Below, in pieces: positions 7,349 to 14,336 of a stretch of 52,542 bases of DNA. Within the stretch, counting starts at the first letter, position 1; every line of letters starts with the position of its first letter. Under the pieces are notes generated by a model. The model had not been told where the DNA came from. It was given only the letters and a program-made list of their open reading frames with translations, and made no database searches. The translations under genes were made by a program, and so were the position numbers. The DNA comes from a virus (Duplodnaviria; Caudoviricetes): IMG/VR virus record IMGVR_UViG_3300013118_000236, positions 1-52,542 of that record; one strand, written 5' to 3'.

Positions 7349-7654
7349 TCAATAATCATCTAACTCGGCACCGTTTGTGATTGTATCGATATATCCAGTT
7401 GGAACCTTAACAACCATGGTGCGCCAACCTTCCCATTTAGGCCACACATCAAAAAAAGGAAACGAATCGTTTTGTGACTCAATCGTGGCACTCACGTTTT
7501 CGACTTCAACCTGAATCTCCAGATGTGTACCACCGTCATCTGAAGCGGCCAAAACCTCATAGCGTCCATCAAAGTAGTTAGAAATGTACACCAAAAGATT
7601 GTTGATTGCTTGCTGCTTAGGAGCCTTCTCCTCATTAAAAAATATATTCGCCAT
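7349..7654 (-). CDS. Hypothetical protein
   Basis: Likely start MANIFF at 7654 behind AAGGGG. Confidence 0.6.
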   Translation of the reverse strand: MANIFFNEEKAPKQQAINNLLVYISNYFDGRYEVLAASDDGGTHLEIQVEVENVSATIESQNDSFPFFDVWPKWEGWRTMVVKVPTGYIDTITNGAELDDY

Positions 7655-7725
7655 CGGTTCAGTCCCCTTAGATAAGTAAGAGAATAAAACACTTTTAACC
7701 TTTTCAAAAAAATGAACCATAAAAA

Positions 7726-7935
7726 TCAATCTACTTTTTGTATTGGAACAATGAAATATCCATTAAATCTATAAGTTTTTTCTGAACCAAGAAACATTAA
7801 ATCGTATTCTTCACTTGCGCGTACATAGTCGGATCCGGGGACTGCGCTACTGGAAACTATTATAGCTGTCCGATGATCCGGAATACCATCCTCGTGTGTT
7901 CCATCCTTTAATCTTACTAAGTCACCGACTTTCAC
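7726..7935 (-). CDS. Small SH3/KOW-like protein ('DGTH..IPDHR' subfamily)
   Basis: MKVGDLVRLKDGTHEDGIPDHR; paralog of 1823..2020. Confidence 0.8.
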   Translation of the reverse strand: MKVGDLVRLKDGTHEDGIPDHRTAIIVSSSAVPGSDYVRASEEYDLMFLGSEKTYRFNGYFIVPIQKVD

Positions 7936-8122
7936 TTACCACCTCAAGCCTTCCAGAATCCACCCACCAAGTCTCTCCGTCGTTAAACAAAACTTGTGCT
8001 GATACTGTATCATGTCCTGTCTTGGATATTTGAATCACCAAGCCGTGTTCTGTGCGGGGGTTGGCTTCAAACACATCGAACTCCAAATCGCTATCAAACT
8101 TTACCAAATCACCGGCTTTCAC
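7922..8122 (-). CDS. Small SH3/KOW-like protein (MKVGDLV family)
   Basis: MKAGDLVKF...GLVIQI...AQVLFNDG...LEVVSESR. Confidence 0.8.
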   Translation of the reverse strand: MKAGDLVKFDSDLEFDVFEANPRTEHGLVIQISKTGHDTVSAQVLFNDGETWWVDSGRLEVVSESR

Positions 8123-8291
8123 TTATGACCTCCAATGTCCATATGCTGCTCCAATCAATCGGACATTCTTCCCACTCATCAACCCAGTGGACTTTAACCT
8201 GCTTGCCGCTCGCCTTAATATCGAGAACAATGCCATGTCCCAGCCATCCAGCCGGATCATTCTTCACTTTTACCAGATCGCCCACTTTCAT
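8109..8291 (-). CDS. Small SH3/KOW-like protein (MKVGDLV family)
   Basis: MKVGDLVKV...GIVLDI...VKVHW...LEVISESR. Confidence 0.8.
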   Translation of the reverse strand: MKVGDLVKVKNDPAGWLGHGIVLDIKASGKQVKVHWVDEWEECPIDWSSIWTLEVISESR

Positions 8292-8388
8292 TTATAATCT
8301 CAAAATCAAAACATTCGGTACACATTTCAGACTCTTTAATAGTTTTGCGAGACAACTCTATTATTGCTCTGCGGTGAAACCTAATCAT

Positions 8389-8417
8389 ATTATAGTGCGA
8401 TTCGATGCATCTGTCAA
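8389..8417 (-). promoter_or_regulatory. Consensus sigma70 promoter
   Basis: TTGACA(8417-8412)-17 nt-TATAAT(8394-8389). Confidence 0.8.
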
Positions 8418-8668
8418 TCAGTTTTCTCTCGTCGGGGTTCACTCTTTTCTTCCTTTTGACAAACAATGGAGGCATCCTGTTCTTCGTGTAGTTTAACCAC
8501 ATAAAAAACTTTACCTTCGTAAATCTCACACGGGAATACCGATACAGGCATCACAGCCACTGCGGGACCGCCATTAGATGCCGGTGTTGTACTTAGTTCC
8601 ACCGTTGCAAAATATGGGTCATAGGAATCAATCATTCCAACTAAAATAAATGTTGTTAAGTATGTCAT
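8414..8668 (-). CDS. Hypothetical protein
   Basis: Likely start MTYLTTF at 8668 behind GGAGAG; ACTATTTA motif upstream. Confidence 0.6.
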   Translation of the reverse strand: MTYLTTFILVGMIDSYDPYFATVELSTTPASNGGPAVAVMPVSVFPCEIYEGKVFYVVKLHEEQDASIVCQKEEKSEPRREKTD

Positions 8669-8684
8669 TTTCTCTCCGTTTAAG

Positions 8685-9035
8685 TTATGTATACATTTTA
8701 AGAATAGTAAATAGTTCAGCCGAACAAAGACCAGCAGCATCTTTTTGTGCGCCGGAGCTGGCACATTCAAAATCTTCTTGTAACCAAACCAGCAAAGTCT
8801 CAGCAGCATATGCTAACTTTTCATCTGGCACAGCCTGTGTGATCAGAAATGTTATGTTGGCGTAACGATTGTGGATACTGGCATATTCTTGTCTATAAGA
8901 GTCGCACGTATCCCTGCATGAATCAACTACTTGTAACAATCTGTCCGTACCCCAAGAACCAAGTGATTCTCTCAAATGGTGACTATTTTTAACGCTACGC
9001 GGGAGTCCGGTCTTCTCTATATAAAAATCATTCAT
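8685..9035 (-). CDS. Hypothetical protein
   Basis: 116-aa ORF in a tightly packed operon. Confidence 0.6.
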   Translation of the reverse strand: MNDFYIEKTGLPRSVKNSHHLRESLGSWGTDRLLQVVDSCRDTCDSYRQEYASIHNRYANITFLITQAVPDEKLAYAAETLLVWLQEDFECASSGAQKDAAGLCSAELFTILKMYT

Positions 9036-9040
9036 ATTTC

Positions 9041-9223
9041 TTACTCATCCAAAACTTTTTGAAGTTTAGATTTCAAGTCTTTAGTGGATAACACAGATAT
9101 ATCACCGGTGTTGTCCAGCACCTCTTGGATCTTTCTAAGTTTTTCCTCTGCCCTAATAAGAGGATTAACTACTTCTATTCCTGTTTTGTTATAACCATGT
9201 GGCGGCCTTCCATGATATGACAT
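9041..9223 (-). CDS. Hypothetical protein
   Basis: 60-aa ORF downstream of tRNA-Arg. Confidence 0.55.
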   Translation of the reverse strand: MSYHGRPPHGYNKTGIEVVNPLIRAEEKLRKIQEVLDNTGDISVLSTKDLKSKLQKVLDE

Positions 9224-9250
9224 TTACTATTTCCCTTTTGTTAGTCGTGG

Positions 9251-9327
9251 TGGTACGTCCTGTAGGATTCGAACCTACGGCCCTTGGCTTAGAAGGCCAA
9301 TGCTCTATCCAACTGAGCTAAGGACGC
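9251..9327 (-). tRNA. tRNA-Arg(UCU)
   Basis: GCGTCCTTAGCTCAGTTGGATAGAGCA-TTGGC-CTTCTAA-GCCAA-GGGCCGTAGGTTCGAATCCTACAGGACGTACCA; cloverleaf with encoded CCA. Confidence 0.95.
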
Positions 9328-9335
9328 ATATGTAT

Positions 9336-9363
9336 AATATAATCACTTATGAGACAATGTCAA
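9336..9363 (-). promoter_or_regulatory. Sigma70-type promoter for tRNA-Arg
   Basis: TTGACA(9363-9358)-16 nt-TATATT(9341-9336). Confidence 0.65.
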
Positions 9364-9541
9364 CAATTTCGTCATATGTTTTGACATTTGCTTGACCATC
9401 AATCAGCAGCACAAGGCACGCCTTTTTGTTTTTTCGCTTTTCGTACAATTCGTGCCATGCCTTGCTGCGATCATTGGCCGCGGCATGAGTCTCAAATGAA
9501 AATCGTCCACCATTATCTTGAAATACAGCAGTGTAGATCAT
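9347..9541 (-). CDS. Hypothetical protein
   Basis: 64-aa ORF; ATGA overlap with the upstream peptide. Confidence 0.6.
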   Translation of the reverse strand: MIYTAVFQDNGGRFSFETHAAANDRSKAWHELYEKRKNKKACLVLLIDGQANVKTYDEIVDIVS

Positions 9542-9690
9542 TTTCCTTGGCCCCGATAACGCTTCTTATAGCCTCTGTTGCCTCCGTGTGGGCCCGGCTG
9601 CTTGTGTTTAGTCTGAGTGCTGTTGCCAATTGAAGTTTTCTTCTTGTGGCTCCTTGATGTTGTTGATGATGAATTTTTTTTACTAGCCAT
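9538..9690 (-). CDS. 50-aa basic peptide (KKTSIG...KKRYRGQGK type)
   Basis: Read manually: MASKKNSSSTTSRSHKKKTSIGNSTQTKHKQPGPHGGNRGYKKRYRGQGK; AAGGAG RBS. Confidence 0.7.
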   Translation of the reverse strand: MASKKNSSSTTSRSHKKKTSIGNSTQTKHKQPGPHGGNRGYKKRYRGQGK

Positions 9691-9712
9691 GCGGCTTCTC
9701 CTTTTGTTAAAA

Positions 9713-9789
9713 TGGTGGGCTTTGTGGGACTTGAACCCACGACCAACCGGTTATGAGCCGGATGCTCTGACCAACTGAGCTAAAAGCCC
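9713..9789 (-). tRNA. tRNA with CAU anticodon, most likely tRNA-Ile2 (lysidine type)
   Basis: GGGCTTTTAGCTCAGTTGGTCAGAGCA-TCCGG-CTCATAA-CCGGT-TGGTCGTGGGTTCAAGTCCCACAAAGCCCACCA. G1-C72 is paired, so it is not an initiator; the body resembles bacterial Ile2. Confidence 0.9.
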
Positions 9790-9795
9790 GCAGAC

Positions 9796-9966
9796 TTATC
9801 TGCAAAGTGGTGGTTTTGCGAAAAGCATAAAACCTTTTCTCTGTTTCCAGCCATATTTTTTGATATAGCTTTCTTTAGCACTTTTGCTATCAACACCTTC
9901 AGCGATGCCAATAGATGTATATTTTTGTGTTTCAATGTTATATTCCATTATTGTGAAATCAATCAT
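9796..9966 (-). CDS. Hypothetical protein
   Basis: Start MIDFTI at 9966 behind AAGGAG, between two tRNAs. Confidence 0.6.
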   Translation of the reverse strand: MIDFTIMEYNIETQKYTSIGIAEGVDSKSAKESYIKKYGWKQRKGFMLFAKPPLCR

Positions 9967-9982
9967 TTTTACTCCTTGTGAG

Positions 9983-10058
9983 TGGTGGGTCACGCAGGAT
10001 TCGAACCTGCGGCCGGCGGGTTAAAAGCCCGATGCTCTACCAACTGAGCTAGTGACCC
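9983..10058 (-). tRNA. tRNA-Lys(UUU)
   Basis: GGGTCACTAGCTCAGTTGGTAGAGCA-TCGGG-CTTTTAA-CCCGC-CGGCCGCAGGTTCGAATCCTGCGTGACCCACCA. Confidence 0.95.
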
Positions 10059-10315
10059 TTTTTCATTGGCCTTCCGTCTCTATCGAGTCCCGAAACATCA
10101 TATTCAAGTTTTTTAAGTTCCGCCAATCTAAGACTTGACTTCCAAACTTTAACAGCATAACCATAGCAATCGTGGTTTTGGCTGTAGTTGTGGCTGAGTC
10201 CCTCTGTCTCAATACGAGACTGGGTGTCTTTTGCTGCCTTAATGAGAGAGACAAGGTTGACTTCCATCTCGCGGAGGGCGGCCATTTGAGCGTTCCAGAT
10301 AATGTCTTTGTTCAT
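10049..10315 (-). CDS. Hypothetical helical protein, probably leaderless
   Basis: MNKDIIW start 8 nt after a -10 box; the 3' end overlaps tRNA-Lys by 10 nt. Confidence 0.6.
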   Translation of the reverse strand: MNKDIIWNAQMAALREMEVNLVSLIKAAKDTQSRIETEGLSHNYSQNHDCYGYAVKVWKSSLRLAELKKLEYDVSGLDRDGRPMKKGH

Positions 10316-10322
10316 ACTATCT

Positions 10323-10351
10323 ATAATAACCGATCCAAAAGCGAATGTCAA
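10323..10351 (-). promoter_or_regulatory. Sigma70-type promoter
   Basis: TTGACA(10351-10346)-17 nt-TATTAT(10328-10323). Confidence 0.7.
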
Positions 10352-10593
10352 GAGGATTTATCACCATCGGCACTACTAATCACTTCAAAGCCGTCATGTA
10401 TCATATGTATCATCAGCAAAGTGCCATCGCTTCTCATCTGGCACACTATTACGTTGTTGGGATCAGTCTTCGAGACTTCAAATATTATACCGTAGGCATA
10501 CACTGGTTTGATTGGAAAAACCTCATCCTCTGTAACCTCAAACAGATCGTGTTCAGTGATCCATCTGATAAGATCGCCCTTCTTTAAGTCCAC
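10348..10593 (-). CDS. SH3/KOW-like protein (outlier of the MKVGDLV family)
   Basis: LKKGDLIRW...GIIFEV...VIVC...FEVIS. Confidence 0.7.
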   Translation of the reverse strand: MDLKKGDLIRWITEHDLFEVTEDEVFPIKPVYAYGIIFEVSKTDPNNVIVCQMRSDGTLLMIHMIHDGFEVISSADGDKSS

Positions 10594-10618
10594 ATAATAT
10601 ATATGCGGCCACTCAGTT

Positions 10619-10882
10619 TCATTCTCTTAGCTTGGTTTTTAGTATCTTGGCGCCGGCCTGATCGGAGCGGAACAAAACCACAACGTCCACATTGCCCTTG
10701 AGAGTGTTTCTGAGGTCTTTCAGTGATGGTGGGCGCCATCCGTCGCTGGTCAGCATTAGGACTTCTCTGTATCCTTCGTTAGCAAGTTTAAGCGCGTCCC
10801 TGTAGACTGCCTTGAGAGATGAATAAACACCTTCAAAATTATCTTCATGATCAAAAAGGCAATAGGTGTAAATGTTAGTCAT
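10619..10882 (-). CDS. Hypothetical protein
   Basis: 87-aa ORF; IYTYCL...GVYSS pattern. Confidence 0.6.
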   Translation of the reverse strand: MTNIYTYCLFDHEDNFEGVYSSLKAVYRDALKLANEGYREVLMLTSDGWRPPSLKDLRNTLKGNVDVVVLFRSDQAGAKILKTKLRE

Positions 10883-11030
10883 TTTCTAAACTCAGGTCAC
10901 TTATCAATGATTCAAGAAATTCTTTCTGAATCTTACAATCAAGCAAATCCTTTCTAAGTCTGGCTTCCCTCTCTTTGAGAATTTGTAACTGAATCAGGCA
11001 GAAGTGTTTTACTTTTTGATCGTGATTCAT
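10875..11030 (-). CDS. 51-aa coiled-coil hypothetical protein
   Basis: Read manually: MNHDQKVKHFCLIQLQILKEREARLRKDLLDCKIQKEFLESLISDLSLEND; fills the gap and overlaps both neighbours. Confidence 0.55.
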   Translation of the reverse strand: MNHDQKVKHFCLIQLQILKEREARLRKDLLDCKIQKEFLESLISDLSLEND

Positions 11031-11269
11031 TTTTTATTGCTGCCGCAACCCTTACACCTACTTGCTCGTGGGCGTTCTCTGTATTGTTTTTTCGTCATCA
11101 CGATCTTCTTAAAATTAGCCAACTCATCTTCCATCAAAGCGCCATTCATAAAGGCGCGTACTGTTTCGTCAACGAGAGCAGCATATACTACTACTGTGTG
11201 AGTCGGGGAGTGCAAGATCATCTCGCCGGGACGTAAAAGCTTTGAGTCACTTATTTCTTCAAATTCCAT
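11027..11269 (-). CDS. Hypothetical small beta-barrel protein with C-terminal CxxC
   Basis: LLRPGEMILH...RCKGCGS. Confidence 0.6.
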   Translation of the reverse strand: MEFEEISDSKLLRPGEMILHSPTHTVVVYAALVDETVRAFMNGALMEDELANFKKIVMTKKQYRERPRASRCKGCGSNKK

Positions 11270-12168
11270 CAATCATCCACTGTATTCAACTGGTCATATG
11301 AATTATACTTCAATTTTGTTAATTTGTTTAGCACTTTAGCTCGCCGTAGCATCTTAAAAGCAATATTTTCTGGTGAGTATTCCATGAGTTCACTTTCCAA
11401 GCCGGCAGATCGCATACTACGTATTTTATTTTTAAGCCTTTCCACATTCCTCAATACCTTGTCATGCTCACCATCGGCATAGTCGGCCTCAATGGATCTG
11501 GTTTGCTCGTCAATGTCGGTCGCTTTCTTACGTGCTGTTTCAATATCTATGGTTTGCTCAATGTATTCTGGGTGTTTGATCCACTCGTCATTCATCAGAG
11601 AGTACACACCCGTTGACTTATGATCTTCGCCGCTGTTTTCAACATAAATTTCAACGTCGTAATCTTTTATTGTTATATCATGGATATCATTCCAGCGCAT
11701 CCTCTGGGCATCAAAAAATCCTTTGACCAAATCTCCGTTCTCATCTATTGTATCGAAGCTTACGATGATATGAAGGTCAACATCAGAATACTTGGACCAG
11801 TTATAATTTGCAAGCGAGCCGGTTAATGTAATGTCTTCCACTTTTACTCGGATAGGCAGATCATCCACAAAATCATTAGCTATTTTTATAAGTTTCTTTC
11901 TAATCTCTGGTTCAATTTTTTCGTCGCCCCAGATCTGAGGATCCAAATCATCATGAATTTTGAACGAATCAACATCAACTTCAAGCTCTTCTTCTAGTTG
12001 CTTATCAAATGTTACGTGAGTGCCCATTTTTTTGGAATATGGTGGAGTATTTTTATTGCCGCCTTTGCCGAGCATCTTATTCCTGTCTGAAATATAGGAC
12101 CGGATGCGGTTCTTGAAACTGTTGGCTTCCTCAACGGACGCTATATAATCTTTCCATTCTTCCATCAT
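11269..12168 (-). CDS. Pol-beta-superfamily nucleotidyltransferase
   Basis: TGSLANYNWSKYSDVDLH (GS...DxD) plus a third acidic motif DVEIYV; start reassigned to MMEEW after ACTATTTA. Confidence 0.8.
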   Translation of the reverse strand: MMEEWKDYIASVEEANSFKNRIRSYISDRNKMLGKGGNKNTPPYSKKMGTHVTFDKQLEEELEVDVDSFKIHDDLDPQIWGDEKIEPEIRKKLIKIANDFVDDLPIRVKVEDITLTGSLANYNWSKYSDVDLHIIVSFDTIDENGDLVKGFFDAQRMRWNDIHDITIKDYDVEIYVENSGEDHKSTGVYSLMNDEWIKHPEYIEQTIDIETARKKATDIDEQTRSIEADYADGEHDKVLRNVERLKNKIRSMRSAGLESELMEYSPENIAFKMLRRAKVLNKLTKLKYNSYDQLNTVDD

Positions 12169-12190
12169 AATATAAATAGTTTCCTTTAGG

Positions 12191-13219
12191 TTAAAAAGGC
12201 TTAACCTTATTATACTCAACCGACAAAAGCTGCCGGCCGGCGTCATGCGCGCTGGTCCAAGTCGTACCAAGATTCGTAGTATACGCAATTCCTGTGTCTT
12301 TTCCGCATGCTACAACGGTAGTTCCATCTGTGGCAATACCCATCACAAACCCCACACCAGTTGGCCTTGTAACCTTTGTCCATGATACACAATTATCTGT
12401 AGATTTCCACACGTCAGAAGCTCTGGAGAGTAGCCAGTCGTTCCCCGACACGTGACAAACCGCCCAAGTCGAATTTCCTCCGGCAGTAATAGAATTCCAA
12501 GTGTCGAGAGTATCGCTATCTGAGATAGAGGTTGCATAGTGGGCGTTGCTACTATTATTAGTTTTTAACCATACCCCATTGTTGTATTCGATCCTGTTTC
12601 CTCTCTCTTCGTGGGAAACGTACCACGTAAGCCCATCATCGTGTGATTTTATAGTTTTGGATGCGCCGCCAATTAGCCACAATCCGCCGCCGTCAGTAGC
12701 TATACATAAATTGACACCTACGCCAGTCAGACCAGTGCTTATTTCAGTCCAACTTGAGCCCCCATCAGTTGATCTCTGAATTGTACCGCTGGGATTCTTA
12801 TTTCGTGTAGCTATCCATGTTCCATTAACTCCATACTCTGTTGCTCTTGTTTTGTGTGTGCTAGAAAAATTAACTGCTGACCAATCATCTGCGTCGGTAG
12901 TTGGATCAGACGCCGTGTATAACTCCGGCGAAGCAATACCTGTTGAGATCACCCACATATCATCGTTGTTGCCATCCTTCCCAAAGGAAAGATCCCAATA
13001 ATCCACTGATGTGCCAACTGGTACGCGGTATTCACTCCAAGTCGCAGCATCTGTTGAGTGGCAAACAGTACCATCTCTTCCGATACAGACCCACAGTGGA
13101 TCGTGAGCCGGCGCCGCTGCCAACGCTTGTCCGTTTATCTTGGTACAGCTATCAACCGTTTTGCCATTTATCTTGGCGATGCTCGCCACTGCAATCCCGT
13201 TTATTTTATTGACACCCAT
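12191..13219 (-). CDS. BNR/Asp-box beta-propeller, probable receptor-binding or tail appendage protein
   Basis: SxDxGxxW-type repeats (STDGGSSW, SHDDGLTW, STDNCVSW); N-terminal KING repeats; paralog of 45507..46457. Confidence 0.7.
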   Translation of the reverse strand: MGVNKINGIAVASIAKINGKTVDSCTKINGQALAAAPAHDPLWVCIGRDGTVCHSTDAATWSEYRVPVGTSVDYWDLSFGKDGNNDDMWVISTGIASPELYTASDPTTDADDWSAVNFSSTHKTRATEYGVNGTWIATRNKNPSGTIQRSTDGGSSWTEISTGLTGVGVNLCIATDGGGLWLIGGASKTIKSHDDGLTWYVSHEERGNRIEYNNGVWLKTNNSSNAHYATSISDSDTLDTWNSITAGGNSTWAVCHVSGNDWLLSRASDVWKSTDNCVSWTKVTRPTGVGFVMGIATDGTTVVACGKDTGIAYTTNLGTTWTSAHDAGRQLLSVEYNKVKPF

Positions 13220-13822
13220 TTAGCTTAACTCCAATGTAGTCGACTCCGGATTAAAATATATTACATTGGCTGTGTTTGTGCAATAGCCCACACACCTCAC
13301 CACATCATCTGTTCCCGAAGGCTTTGTTGTATCCATCGTGCCCGCTGTTATTGAAAGATATACCGGCAAGCCTGATACAAAGTTAGACAAGTAGGTGGTT
13401 GCGTCAAAGAAACCTCGCAAAAGCATTCCGTTGGCGGGGGCAGTCCCAAGCGCAATAGCCAATAAACCATCACTGGTGGCAATTGCGTCGGCATCGGTCG
13501 TTATCCATGTTCCGCTGCTATTCAGGTAATACACCTTCCCAGCCGTGAAATCATTGCCGCCATTACTTCCAAATGTTACCACTTCGCCGCCGCCAGTATC
13601 GTTAGAGAGGGAGGTGGGATTGTGATGAACATCTATTGCTGTCGCCGGGGCTGTTGTGCCGATGCCGACAGAAGTAGCTGTTGCGTGGAGTATTTGCGAA
13701 CCGCTGGGCCGCAGCGTTATAGTATCCATACCAAAATCTATGTAGGTGGGATCACCATCGCGATCATCTTCATAATAGATGTCGCCTTGGCGAAGGCTTC
13801 CCGTTGTATATTTATACGACAT
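13220..13822 (-). CDS. Probable virion structural (tail-fibre/decoration-like) protein
   Basis: G/T/S-rich; VGIGTTAP motif; VYLS..AG...T.PS..DVVRCVG...IYFNP C-terminal module. Confidence 0.6.
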   Translation of the reverse strand: MSYKYTTGSLRQGDIYYEDDRDGDPTYIDFGMDTITLRPSGSQILHATATSVGIGTTAPATAIDVHHNPTSLSNDTGGGEVVTFGSNGGNDFTAGKVYYLNSSGTWITTDADAIATSDGLLAIALGTAPANGMLLRGFFDATTYLSNFVSGLPVYLSITAGTMDTTKPSGTDDVVRCVGYCTNTANVIYFNPESTTLELS

Positions 13823-13824
13823 GA

Positions 13825-14184
13825 TTATCCTCCGTCATAAATAGTCTGCTCACCATCTTCAAACGTGAGAATTGTCTTGTTAGATGGGTGAGGCTTAATG
13901 TGTACTTTTTCAAAATCTTGAAGCGAATCAAAGATAGCTAGACCACCGCGTGGCGGAGGGTAGAGCCAGTGAATTATACAATGCCCGGACGCCAGTAAGA
14001 CACCTTCAATAACAACACCCTCGCCAGAAACTCCAGTTTCATCTTTTTGTCGGCATACCGTAAAAGTTTTAATGCCGCGTGGAGCAAGGCGTGGAGGTGG
14101 CTTAGGTTTTAAATCGGCAGCGGGGGATGAGTCTTCTTCATCACGCTCACTGATCTTGCTCGTTGCTTGACTTTCCGTTTCCAT
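13825..14184 (-). CDS. Hypothetical phage protein
   Basis: R.KDETGVSGEGVVIEGV...G...IHW motif; start METESQ behind AAGGA. Confidence 0.65.
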   Translation of the reverse strand: METESQATSKISERDEEDSSPAADLKPKPPPRLAPRGIKTFTVCRQKDETGVSGEGVVIEGVLLASGHCIIHWLYPPPRGGLAIFDSLQDFEKVHIKPHPSNKTILTFEDGEQTIYDGG

Positions 14185-14332
14185 TTGTAAATTCCTTATT
14201 ATTGATATTGTCCGATTCCAAATCTTGACTCTGAACATATTCTATCACATTTTTGATACTATTTTTAAGATCTGTTATGTGATTTTCTAATTCTGCTAAT
14301 TTAATGGCTACTTTTTCTAGTTTATTAAACAT
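14147..14332 (-). CDS. Short coiled-coil hypothetical protein
   Basis: MFNKLEKVAIKLAELENHITDLK; AGGTG RBS. Confidence 0.5.
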   Translation of the reverse strand: MFNKLEKVAIKLAELENHITDLKNSIKNVIEYVQSQDLESDNINNKEFTNGNGKSSNEQDQ

Positions 14333-14336
14333 ATTT

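Noticed and set aside
872-8291. Classical integron
   Set aside because: No integrase and no attC-like palindromes; genes overlap rather than being separated by sites.
9224-9982. HDV-like (theta) ribozymes after the tRNAs
   Set aside because: The 3' flanks are short A-rich RBS regions with no room for the fold.
5094-12288. Long N-terminal extensions of track ORFs (5094-5483, 8414-8809, 10049-10351, 11269-12288)
   Set aside because: They run across promoters or other genes; downstream starts fit better.
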